From assembly GCA_032718475.1 (NCBI GenBank), contig JAUCBJ010009103.1, forward strand, positions 248,001-312,000: DNA of 64,000 bases, in the 5' to 3' direction. Made by a program: the position numbers and the translations under genes. Source of the DNA: Nemertoderma westbladi. Taxonomy: Eukaryota; Animalia; Xenacoelomorpha. Below are positions 49,056 to 59,371 of this stretch, in pieces. The number at the start of each line of letters is the position of its first letter. Position 1 is the stretch's first letter. The notes beneath the pieces are model-generated. The model was not told where the DNA came from. It searched no databases and saw nothing but the letters and a program-made list of their open reading frames with translations.

Positions 49056-51126
49056 CATTCCCCCATCACAATATCAACAATATACCCCGATAGGAGCAAG
49101 AACAACGAGACCCTTGGATGAAAATAGGTCGTGTGACACAGAACTATGGAGGGGGCCACTACCCCCGATGACATACCCAAGTCAAAGAAAATCAAGAAAT
49201 AGGACGGACGAACCGCGCCAGACAGGAGAAACTATACAGCACCCATCGAATCCATTGGAAGCGCAGGCGATGGGGATGGCCACGTTGATCGATGCGTTGA
49301 AAACGAGGATCGAGTTACCACCCGTGGAACCATTCAAGTTCGATGGGAGTAGGCCGGAAGAATATCTACAGTTTCGGCGCATGTATAGTAACGAAATACT
49401 AACAAAAAACTTGACGCAGGCGGAGTGCCTAAAGTATCTGCAAGTATACACGGGAGGCCCAGCATACGATATCGTGAGGCAATATCAAGGAATAGAGGGC
49501 GGCTTCACGACAGCATGGCGGGCACTGGACAGGGAATACGGGCACCCGGCCAAGATCATCAGACAGACACTGAGAGGCATAACATCGGGTGGCCTACAGG
49601 ATAATCCCGTTAGCATTAAGACGTTCGCTAACAAAGTCGAAAAGGCGCTAATCGTGCTGAAGACGCTAGACGCGCCATACGAGCTCAACGCGTCCAATAA
49701 CATCACCACGATAGCGCAGGCACTACCGAACTGGCTGCGCAACAAGTGGAGGAAGATCGCTTTCTCCATTCGAGACAAGAAGGGTGCGGAACCGGGTTTA
49801 GAAGAAATGTCAAGCTTCTTAAACTACGAGGCTGAACTAATAACTGACCCAGTCTATAGCGAAGATAGCCTGGGAAAGGGACCGAAGACGGATTACCATA
49901 GACCGAAACCAGAGCACAATACATCAAACGCATTACCGAGGCTCAGGCAATCATTGCCATATGCAGCGACGCAGGGGACTGCAAGTCCACAGCTAGCCGA
50001 AGATAAGACAACACCATGGAACGGACAGGGAAACAATAACAACACGAATAAATATAACCCCAGTACGTCCAGTAGGCCGAATCCAAACAATAAGAATAGT
50101 AGGGACTTTGGTACAAACGCAGCTGCGATACGCAATGCGCTGTATAAGGAGGGCTACGACCCAAAGAGCAAATGCCAGCTACACGCAAATGCGCTTCATC
50201 AAACCATGAACTGCAGGTACTGGCAGGCGCTACCTAGGCAAGATCAGATAGATTATGCGTTGAGCAATAAAATCTGCTCGCGATGTGTGATGAGTGGACA
50301 TAGAGCAAGGGAATGCAAGGAGAAGCCGGTCAAGTTTGGTCAAAGGAGAGGCCAAACGATGGCGACGAGCACAGTAGGGGCGAAGAAGAGAGGAACGGTG
50401 TTACTTGGAGTAGTACCCGTGCGAGTGATTGGGGAAGGCAATCGATCAGTAACAACACTAATGCTGGTTGATAGTGGAGCTGCCTTCACATTAGTCGAGG
50501 AATGGGTGGCCGAAGAGATAGGATTGAGAACGAGGCCAAGCAGAATGGCGGTAACAACCATCTCTAGCAAAGATGAGATCCTGGAGATGAGAACAGGACG
50601 GTGCGCAATTGCAGCAGTGGCACCGGGATGCGACTATGGGGCAACCATCGACCCCATCCAAGTGATAGAGTCAATTAATATCAATGCCAGGCGGCCAACC
50701 AACATCGAGGTCGAGCAATATAAATTCCTGGACGACATTGACTTCTCAATCCCAGACGTGGACGTTAGGAAGGTATCCATCATAGTAGGAATGGATTGCC
50801 CAACGGCCCACGAAAGAATGCAAACGGTCTTCGGCGAAGACAAGCAGTGTGACCCGGTGGCGATATTAACACCATTCGGGTGGACGCTGAGTGGCCCAAT
50901 CAAGACCAAGATACCATTTAGGATGTCGGAGACATCAGGATGCATGTTCGCGGGAACAATGCAGGAAATGGGTGATGAGGGAGCAGAGGAGCAGCTTAAA
51001 AGACTGCTCAGACAAGATTTCGAGGGACTGAAAGAGACCGGGGTCAGGACCTCGGTAGAAGACAAGCAGGCTTTACAAAGCGTGGAGGAATCGATGACAG
51101 TGCGACTGAGGGGCGGTATACTATAG
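49009..51126 (+). CDS. BEL/Pao gag core (DUF1759-like), zinc knuckles and aspartic protease
   Basis: PFKFDGSRPEEYLQF, AWRALDREYG, LPNWLRNKW, CQLH...HQTMNC, CSRCVMSGHRAREC, LVDSGA and TPFGWTLSG. Frame is open from ~49009. Confidence 0.92.
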   Translation, partial: HQPQYQTYRWGGGQGDIPPSQYQQYTPIGARTTRPLDENRSCDTELWRGPLPPMTYPSQRKSRNRTDEPRQTGETIQHPSNPLEAQAMGMATLIDALKTRIELPPVEPFKFDGSRPEEYLQFRRMYSNEILTKNLTQAECLKYLQVYTGGPAYDIVRQYQGIEGGFTTAWRALDREYGHPAKIIRQTLRGITSGGLQDNPVSIKTFANKVEKALIVLKTLDAPYELNASNNITTIAQALPNWLRNKWRKIAFSIRDKKGAEPGLEEMSSFLNYEAELITDPVYSEDSLGKGPKTDYHRPKPEHNTSNALPRLRQSLPYAATQGTASPQLAEDKTTPWNGQGNNNNTNKYNPSTSSRPNPNNKNSRDFGTNAAAIRNALYKEGYDPKSKCQLHANALHQTMNCRYWQALPRQDQIDYALSNKICSRCVMSGHRARECKEKPVKFGQRRGQTMATSTVGAKKRGTVLLGVVPVRVIGEGNRSVTTLMLVDSGAAFTLVEEWVAEEIGLRTRPSRMAVTTISSKDEILEMRTGRCAIAAVAPGCDYGATIDPIQVIESININARRPTNIEVEQYKFLDDIDFSIPDVDVRKVSIIVGMDCPTAHERMQTVFGEDKQCDPVAILTPFGWTLSGPIKTKIPFRMSETSGCMFAGTMQEMGDEGAEEQLKRLLRQDFEGLKETGVRTSVEDKQALQSVEESMTVRLRGGIL

Positions 51127-54100
51127 GAATGGTATGGAAATTACCGAAGATACCACTGCCCGATAATAGAGGGATGGTACTCACGAGACTCCGCAAGCTG
51201 AAACAAACACTAAAACGGAGCCCCGAGAAGAATGAGTACATCCACAGAACGATTAAGAAGTACGTCGAGAAAGGATGGGCCGTGGAGTTACCGGTCGACG
51301 AACCGAACACGGACAGGACATATTACCTGCCACTCCACGTGGCTTTAGACCCAAAGAAAGGTAAACTGCGGATGGTAGTTGACGCATCGGCAAAGACCAA
51401 CGGAAAATGCTTAAACGACTACCTGTTAGAAGGCCCAAACATATACAACTCGGGCATAGAGGTGCTACTTAGATTTAGAAATGGGAAACACGCCTTCACG
51501 TGTGACATAGAAGGCATGTTCAACCAAGTCCGTGTAACGGAGGAAGATAGCGACAGTCAACGCTTCTTATGGTATAACGGCGAGGAAGAACCGTCGATAA
51601 TACCGGCATATAAGATGGTAGTACAAAACATGGGAGCCAAGTCGTCTTCATTTACGACGACTATGGCAGTGAGAGATACAGTGAAAGGGAAGGAAGATAG
51701 ATACAGCACTAGGGCCGTCGATATGATTCGACACGGCTTCTACGTAGACGACGGAATGGAGTCTGGAAATACGGTTAAGGAGATACTGGACACGGGGCGC
51801 GAGGTTCGCGACATCCTAAAAAGATCCGGCTTTAACCTGACCAAATTCCAATCCAGTTCGGAAGAATTTATCAAGGCGATAGAGGACAAGAGGCCAGAAT
51901 CGACCATGGATAATCCCACAACAGCCAAAGGGCAGGACATGGCGAATAAGAGAACAGAATCTCAACAGAAGGCATTGGGAATCGTGTGGAACAGAGAGAC
52001 AGACGAACTGAAGTATCAGCTGAGCCAGGAGGGCGCAGACATCCACACGAAGAGGGGCTATGTATCGTATATAGCAAGGATATACGATCCCCTAGGCCTA
52101 GCATCCCCATTATTAGTCACGGGGAAACAGATACTCAAGAGAGTATACAAATTGAAGGATGAGTGGGACGTAGAGGTACCAGAGGAAATCAAGAAACAGT
52201 GGAGTAAGTGGACAGGAGACTTGGAGAAGATGGGAACATACAACATGCCACGAGTGTATTTCCCGGATGGGAACATGACGAATCTGGACCTACACATGTT
52301 CTCCGATGCGTCGTTGGAGGCGTACGGAGCGGCACTCTACTTAGTACAACGAGAGGGGGCTCATAAGCCCAGACTAGCCTTTAGCAAAGCAAAGTCAACG
52401 CCGCCAGATTCAGCATCAGTCCCCAAGTTAGAATTGACAGCTGCGAGACTAGGAGTTAGAGCCACAGCCTACCTAGTGGATACTATTCCCAACATAGTGG
52501 AGACACACTACTGGACGGACTCCATGGTAGTGCTTGGTTGGCTACATAACGAAAGGACGAGATACCCAATATTCGTCGCAAATAGAGTGGACGAAATAAG
52601 GGCGACCACAGAACTGGAAAGGTGGCACTACTGCCCAACGGACGAGAACCCAGCGGACTTGTTGTCGAGGGGCGTGGTACGCCACACTTTCTTGATGAAG
52701 GAAGTATTGTGGCAACATGGGCCACAATTTCTGAGCGATAAGGAGGCCTGGCCGCCGATGAGAAAGGTGGACCCGGGCTCAGAAGTAGTGTCAGAGGGAG
52801 AAGAGGGAGATTCAGAGGGAGAAGAGATATACTCCCAGATGGTGAGGGAGATTAGGGACGTGCAACCAAGACGAGAACTGTGCGATAACCCGACGGATAA
52901 ACTCCTCAGCTACAGTTCTAGTTGGTATAAGACCAAGAAACTAGTGGCGTACTGGAGAGCCTTCGGGAATTTCCTCGCGGGAGTTGGCAAAGACAAGATC
53001 AGGACATCCATAGATCTGGAAGGAGCGGCCAAGGCAGTCATCCGCTATGAACAACGGAAGAACTATGGCGACGAGGTAGAACGCGTCGGAAACCAACAGC
53101 ACCTCCGACGGGACAGCGAGCTGATCACGCTGTCGCCACAACTTAATGACGACGGGATTCTAGTAATGAATTCTAGGGTGGGATACAACAACAGCATAAT
53201 CGTACCACCGAAACCCATCATCATTCCAACAGGATCGCCAATAGTTCACCAGATTATCTGGGACTCCCATAAGTCGATATTGCACGGGGGCACCAACCAA
53301 ACCCTCACCGAGATAAGGTGGACCTTTTGGGTCAAACAGTTGAGGAAGAAGGTAAAAGCGGTGGTGGGGCAGTGCCAGACCTGCCGACGAGCGAAGAAGG
53401 AGCGAGCCATACAAGAGATGGCGCCACTACCAGCGAGTAGAGTAAGACAGCACGACCCGCCATTTACGCATTGCGGTGTGGACATGTTCGGGCCAATAAA
53501 GATCAAGGTGATGCGGCACACGGAGAAGCGCTACGGTATAATCTTCGTATGTAACAACACGCGGGCGGTAGGGATAGAACTCGCCCAAGATGCAACCGCA
53601 TCAGCATTCATTAATGCCTTAGAAAGGTTTAGAGAACGCAAAGGTGGGACGATCGCAGTGATATACAGCGACAACGGCACCAACTTTGTGGGCGCACAGA
53701 ATGAGATGGCAGAAGCCTTGGACATCTTGGAAGGGGAGGAAGTCAGGGCGGCCATGAGACAACGACAAGTAAAGTGGGAAAGAAGGACGCCGTATGCACC
53801 ACATACACTAGGATGCGTCGAGAGACTGGTGGGCAGTTCAAAGCGTCTAATGACGAAGCTAATGAACACCCACATGGTCACTGAGGACGTCCTGAGAACA
53901 GTATTGGCGAAGTGTGAGGGTATCATTAATAGCAGACCGCTATATCCGGAGAATGATGACCCTGAGTCACTAGACGTGCTGACGCCTAGCCATTTTCTAA
54001 TGGAAAGGCCAGCTACCATCGATATGCGGGGTGTAGATCCAGACGACATACACTCCCGCCAGAGTTGGAAAGTCGCTAAAGCAATAAGCGCCGAGTATTG

Positions 54101-54377
54101 GAGGAGGTGGGTCGAAGAATACCTGCCCACGCTCCATAAAAGAAGCAAGTGGAGGAAGCCGAATAGGGAGTTAAGAGAGGGAGATCTCGTAATCGTTACG
54201 GATGATACTATCATCAACAACCAATGGCGGTTGGCGAGAGTTGTAGGCACTTACTCCGACAAGGACGGAAGAGTCCGATCGGTAGAAGTGCGGATAGGTG
54301 GTAAGATAGGTGCGAAGGACAGAAAAACCTACAGGAGAGCTGTAGGGAAATGCTGTCTGTTAGAAGGGGCACCTTAG
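51100..54377 (+). CDS. BEL/Pao pol: reverse transcriptase, RNase H (Peptidase_A17-like), integrase, DUF5641-like tail
   Basis: YYLPLH, LRMVVDAS, CDIEGMF, FYVDDG, HMFSDAS, WTDSMV, ENPADLLSRG, H..HGG..CQTC, GVDMFGP, SDNGTNF, ERLV, NSRPL, LTPSHFL. Frame begins GRYTIGMVW upstream of the listed ATG. Confidence 0.97.
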
Positions 54378-54534
54378 TGGAGTTAGAGAAGAGTTTAGTC
54401 GTCCAAGCTTTGGACTGAGGGGGGTGGGATTGAGGGCGAGACGCCCTTCCCACACATAAAAAGTAAAATAAAAAATAAAAATAAAATAATAGTACATAGT
54501 AGGTATGCAGTTAGTAGGCAGAAGTTAGTCAGTA

Positions 54535-55062
54535 AGAAGGTACGTAGTACCTAGAGTTAGTTAGTTAAGAGGTACGTAGTACCTAGAGTTAGTTAGTTAA
54601 GAGGTACGTAGTACCTAGAGTTAGTTAGTTAAGAGGTACGTAGTACCTAGAGTTAGTTAGTTAAGAGGTACGTAGTACCTAGAGTTAGTTAGTTAAGAGG
54701 TACGTAGTACCTAGAGTTAGTTAGTTAGTTAGGAGGTACGTAGTACCGCTAGTTAGGAGAGAGTTAGAAGGTACGTAGTACCGTTAGTTAGAGAAGAGTT
54801 AGAGGGTACGTAGTACCGTTAGTTAGAGAGTTAGAGGGTACGTAGTACCGTTAGTTAGAGAAGAGTTAGAGGGTACGTAGTACCGTTAGTTAGAGAGTTA
54901 GAGGGTACGTAGTACCGTTAGTTAGAGAAGAGTTAGAGGGTACATAGTACCGTTAGTTAGAGAGTTAGAGGGTACGTAGTACCGCTAGTTAGAGAGTTAG
55001 AGGGTACGTAGTACCGTTAGTTAGAGAAGAGTTAGAGGGTACGTAGTACCGTTAGTTAGAGA
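54535..55062 (+). repeat. 32-37-bp tandem repeat between pol and ORF3
   Basis: About 15 copies of GAGGTACGTAGTACCTAGAGTTAGTTAGTTAA or GAGGGTACGTAGTACCGTTAGTTAGA(GAA)GAGTTA. Confidence 0.95.
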
Positions 55063-55567
55063 GAGAGAGAGTAAGAGGTAGAAGGGTATATAAGATATAG
55101 ATATTAGTTAGCAGTTAGTAGCGAGAGGGGGGCATATGAGTACAGTTGGGTAAATCGTGTGGCCACGCGACGCACACTGCTGTACTGCACAGGCCCACAG
55201 AGTAGGCCAGAATGTGGATTAGAGAATAGAATAATCCATAGGCAATAGTAAGTAGTAGGACAGTAGAATTAAAATTATACTAAAAATAAATAGATATATA
55301 AAAATAAATAGAATAGGGCTGAAAGTTACAAATTATGGCAACACTAGGAAAGTTATTCTGGAACATAATAAAAGTAACGGACAGAAATCGAAATTAGGGT
55401 GTATTTACTAGCTTCAGAATTAATTAGTAATAATTTAGGCTAAAAGGGCGCAGTTAAGTAAGGAATAGGCCATTATCGGACCGTACAGAACATCTTAAGA
55501 TACATCACTCATCTGTATTGCGCCTTGGTAAGGCACCACCTTACAGGTGAGCGAGTGAGTGTTCGGA

Positions 55568-58105
55568 ATGGCGAGCAAATTGATCAGAAAGAGAAAGGCG
55601 GAGTTAGGAGGAAAGGAGATACTGGTGGATTTCACCGAGAGGCATCCGGAAGAGAAGACGAGAGGATACTACGAGAGGTTGGAAAGGGGTCACGCGGCAC
55701 GAGCGCTGCAGGATCACTTCCGGGAGATGCACGAACAGCGGCTGGTCGGGACGCCGTCGCTGGACAACGCGATCTTCCAACACTTCCACTACGTGGTGAA
55801 AGGGGACGAGGCGAAGTTCGGGATTCGGAAGTACCCGAGGGAATCACCGAGGAAGGACTGGAAGAGATTCATAGAGTCCGTCAACAGGGGAGGATATATG
55901 ATCCTAGACGACGAGGGAACCGTGGAAGACGAGGCGGGTTCGAGACGAGGATCGGCGGGGTCGGCCAGGACCATACTCCTACATTTGGCCGCGCCAAATG
56001 GGGACATCTTCTTATTCGATCTAGGAACGTATGGGAAGAAGGACGGGCCGAAATTAAACCGGTTGCCGAAAGCGGTACAAGTCTTGGTAAGAGAGAAGTC
56101 GACGACGAAAGTAGGATCGGCGATTCGCGAGGATGCGGAGAGAATCATCGGTCCGGACGCCACCAACCTCCTGGATATGCAGAAGGTCTTTATGGCTATG
56201 ACGGCACCGGATGGGTTGGGGGTAGTCGAAAACACAGGCCAATGCGGGGCGGTGGCAATGGGCCAACTATTGGGGCTCGTGTGCCACAAACCGATGGACT
56301 GGGGGAAGTTCAGGGAAGAATACGGAGCAGAACTAGCGAACTCGCTAAAGTGGGGAGCGAGACCGGGAAAGCAAGAGGTATATCAATTCCGCAGAGGAGC
56401 GATAAAGGTATATCAGAAGCGATATATCCTGCAGGAAGACTGGATGATGATAAGTTTGCTTAACTTATTTATGACCGTGGTTATCGAGAGGGAACCAGCG
56501 GCATTTCTGTTATCGGGATCACCCCTAAGCTACAGGAGAGCCTTTAAAATGGCCTTCGACGGTCTGGTAGACCACCCGGGGCTGAAGGGCGAGTCGGTGT
56601 ACTACAACAGCCGACATCTGGAAGACGGGGAGACAGATACGCCGTATCAGAGATGGGAGCAGCTAGAAACGGATAGACGAGAAGCAAAGCGACTGGAAGA
56701 AGTCGCTAGACGGGAGAGGATAGAAGCAGAGGAGAGGGAGGAGGAGGCCAGGACGCAGAGTTACGGCTTCGAGGAACAGGCAGGCTTAGACGAACTTCAT
56801 TGGACTTCGTCAGGGAGTTCGGGGGAGTCTCTAGGGCGAGAACTGGGATGGACGGTGGGATCACCGAAACAGTCGACGTCGGGGTTGCAAGAGATGCCCA
56901 TACCAGCGGGCGCCGAAGGCGACCAACCGCCAAGGAAGTTAAGGGAACTAGAGGGATGGAGAGCTACGGGCGAGAGCCAAGGCGGGAAGGGACATAGTGG
57001 ATCCATCGGGATACCGGGGTTGGAGCCACTGCCAGAGGAGGAGGAGGACGACGACGAGTTCGGAGGGGTGCCGCCCATCGAGAGGATTGGCCACTCGGAC
57101 ACGGACTGGGTTGGCGGGAGGGTGGTGACGGCCAGTGGGGCGAGGGCCTTCTGGAACAGATCCGGCAAGCAGACCTGGGTGCACGAGGAGCCGGCGATGG
57201 ATTTCGCGGGGAGCACTATCAGGTTGGGCGAGCAACCGGGGACGGCACCACGGATAGTATTCGGGGAGACGATGCCCGAGAGGGGCGGAGAGATCGACGT
57301 AGACAGGGACACCAACGTGGAGAAGTTCGCCTACCAGCGACTCCACAGACCGCGGAGATCGCTTGGGACGAAAGACGACGTGGGGCGGGAGACATTGGTA
57401 CTCGGTTGCGACTACTGTGGGAGACAGACCCACCAGGAAAGGAGCTGCTTGTACCGGTTCCAAAAGGGAACCTTTTGTCTCTACTGCCGAGAGCCGAGCC
57501 ACAGGATGGGGGCGTGTCCACGGTTGCATAACCGATGTCCAAAGTGCAACTTTCGGGGACACTACGGACGCCAGTGCGACTGGATGGACGACGAAGAGAA
57601 GTTCAGAAGATTCGAGGAGTGGGCCGACGTCGGGGCCATGACGCGCCAGCGCATGAAGGCCCAGGAGTTTAAGTGGGGTTTCTTCCTTATCAATCAGGAG
57701 GCTCACATGGAAATCATAAAGCGGAGGCTACCGTTTACCTATCAAGAGGTAGCAACGGCGGCGTCGTATGCCGGAGTGATGAACACACAAAGATATTTGG
57801 ACAGGTGGACGCCACAGAACCGAGGGGAGTTTAGGGATTTCTTGGCGGAGCACGTGCCGCGAGCAATGAAGATGATCCTATGGGACGCCACCAGATGGAG
57901 ACAACAGGGCCACTCTGAGGGGCCACTGGCGAAGCGATATCGGGCACTAATAACACCAGCGCCCAAGGAGCCAACAACCGGAATCAGCAGGGAGGTGGCG
58001 GCGAAAGTCCGAAAGCAGAAAGCGGATCCCAGAGGAGCGGTGGTAACCAAGAAACGACCCAGGGAAGAGGACGCCAGGGGGAACTATCCCCAGAGGAACA
58101 GATAG
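55568..58105 (+). CDS. Accessory ORF3: DEDDy 3'-5' exonuclease domain plus three CCHC zinc knuckles
   Basis: Intact ~845 aa from the ATG at 55568. ExoI ILDDEG, LLHLAAPNGDIFLFDL, LPKAVQVLVREKSTTKVGSAIRED (ExoII), LLDMQ and ExoIII-like QKRYILQED. Zinc knuckles CDYCGRQTHQERSC, CLYCREPSHRMGAC and CPKCNFRGHYGRQC. Confidence 0.85.
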   Translation: MASKLIRKRKAELGGKEILVDFTERHPEEKTRGYYERLERGHAARALQDHFREMHEQRLVGTPSLDNAIFQHFHYVVKGDEAKFGIRKYPRESPRKDWKRFIESVNRGGYMILDDEGTVEDEAGSRRGSAGSARTILLHLAAPNGDIFLFDLGTYGKKDGPKLNRLPKAVQVLVREKSTTKVGSAIREDAERIIGPDATNLLDMQKVFMAMTAPDGLGVVENTGQCGAVAMGQLLGLVCHKPMDWGKFREEYGAELANSLKWGARPGKQEVYQFRRGAIKVYQKRYILQEDWMMISLLNLFMTVVIEREPAAFLLSGSPLSYRRAFKMAFDGLVDHPGLKGESVYYNSRHLEDGETDTPYQRWEQLETDRREAKRLEEVARRERIEAEEREEEARTQSYGFEEQAGLDELHWTSSGSSGESLGRELGWTVGSPKQSTSGLQEMPIPAGAEGDQPPRKLRELEGWRATGESQGGKGHSGSIGIPGLEPLPEEEEDDDEFGGVPPIERIGHSDTDWVGGRVVTASGARAFWNRSGKQTWVHEEPAMDFAGSTIRLGEQPGTAPRIVFGETMPERGGEIDVDRDTNVEKFAYQRLHRPRRSLGTKDDVGRETLVLGCDYCGRQTHQERSCLYRFQKGTFCLYCREPSHRMGACPRLHNRCPKCNFRGHYGRQCDWMDDEEKFRRFEEWADVGAMTRQRMKAQEFKWGFFLINQEAHMEIIKRRLPFTYQEVATAASYAGVMNTQRYLDRWTPQNRGEFRDFLAEHVPRAMKMILWDATRWRQQGHSEGPLAKRYRALITPAPKEPTTGISREVAAKVRKQKADPRGAVVTKKRPREEDARGNYPQRNR

Positions 58106-58813
58106 GTTCCCAGGGCCGGGGGAGAGAAACTGAGACTTGGACGTGGTACGCCTGGAAGGCGCCGCGTGGGACGTACGAACTATTAAGTACAAATTAAGCT
58201 GATGCAAATAATTAAATAAGTGCAATTATATGTACGTACGTAGTGATCAGTAGTTTAGCAATAAAATATACGTTCGGAGTAAGTACTATAGTCATACAAC
58301 CTTTCTCAATTAGCTACTGGGACTGGGGGGATAACTGACTATGGCACTATGGACGAGACACCAGACGATTTCACACTTCTTGAGTGCGACGGCACAAGAG
58401 GGGGGGGGGGGAGATTCGTCAGAAGGGATGAGGTAGTCGAAGTGGGGTTGAGGGACGGAGTAATAGTGCGAAGTGCGGAGAGAGTGCGGACGCAATTCTA
58501 GTGTGGGGGGGGGGGGGAGAATAAGAGGCTGAGTGAGGGACGAGGAGGTCCGAGGGTATGAGAGAGTTAGGGTGAGAGTGGAGAAGAGATAGGGCGAAAG
58601 TGTTGGGGAAACAAAAGTCGCGTGAGAGGTGAGCGCGATCGGCCCGACATGGGACGCCAGGCATACAGGGTAGCGTTATCATACCCATAGGGAGCGGCCT
58701 GGAAAGCCGGCTCCGAGAGAAAATAATTCCACCCCACACCCGATACTAGATCGGGATCCAGCGGGATTGTAGCGCACTTAAGGTGGATGCTATCTTCTCA
58801 CCGGGAAGATAGC

Positions 58814-58824
58814 ATGGGGGGGAG
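58814..58824 (+). promoter_or_regulatory. Polypurine tract
   Basis: ATGGGGGGGAG directly abutting the 3' LTR. Confidence 0.85.
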
Positions 58825-59371
58825 TGTTAGCTTATTCAATCCCGCTAACACCCCATAAAAGTTAAGCCGATAAGCAATATTGGGGGCCACGAGATTGGGT
58901 AATCACCAACTCGTGTCACCCCAATAAAATGGAAAGGAGAAACACAATGAGGGTCAGGGGCCAAACCCCTAACCCAGAGAGAACAGGTGGAGTGAACGGG
59001 AACACTCCAAAGGGCGCCAACAAGGGTATCAACCAATCAGAGGGGGGAAAGGCATCGATTAGGTAGAGTCACAAGGCCAACCCGTGCAATATAGCCAGTT
59101 GGCAGTAATCATTTCATTCAGTTATCTCAGTATCATATTGGTGCTAGTTAGGTTAGTTAGTTTAGCTAGGGAAGGACCGGGACTTTAATTACCGTATCCC
59201 GCCTTCCGTATACGACAACATTATCCATATCTATGCTTATATCTATATACCCGTACAACCGATTATTATATACGACGAACGACACGAACTCTTTTTACCT
59301 TTCATACACACGGCGGGGACGCGTGAACTAAACAACCGGATAAACCGGGATCCTTCCTGGATCCCGTCACA
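58825..59371 (+). repeat. 3' LTR (547 bp)
   Basis: Near-identical to 45251-45797. Confidence 0.98.

Larger units (their letters stand above)
45251..59371 (+). mobile_element. Full-length BEL/Pao LTR retrotransposon (14.1 kb) with an accessory ORF
   Basis: 547-bp LTRs with TG...CA ends, 5-bp TSD AAAAG (45246-45250 and 59372-59376), PPT before the 3' LTR, and domain order gag-PR-RT-RH-IN with Pao-type motifs. Confidence 0.98.

Noticed and set aside
45855-58050. Numerous antisense and alternate-frame ORFs in the BEL element (e.g. 47239..48279, 53531..54250, 55525..56463)
   Set aside because: Shadow frames of purine-rich coding sequence with no motifs.
55568-58105. env gene
   Set aside because: No signal peptide, fusion-protein cysteine pattern or transmembrane anchor. 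Exonuclease and CCHC motifs are present instead.
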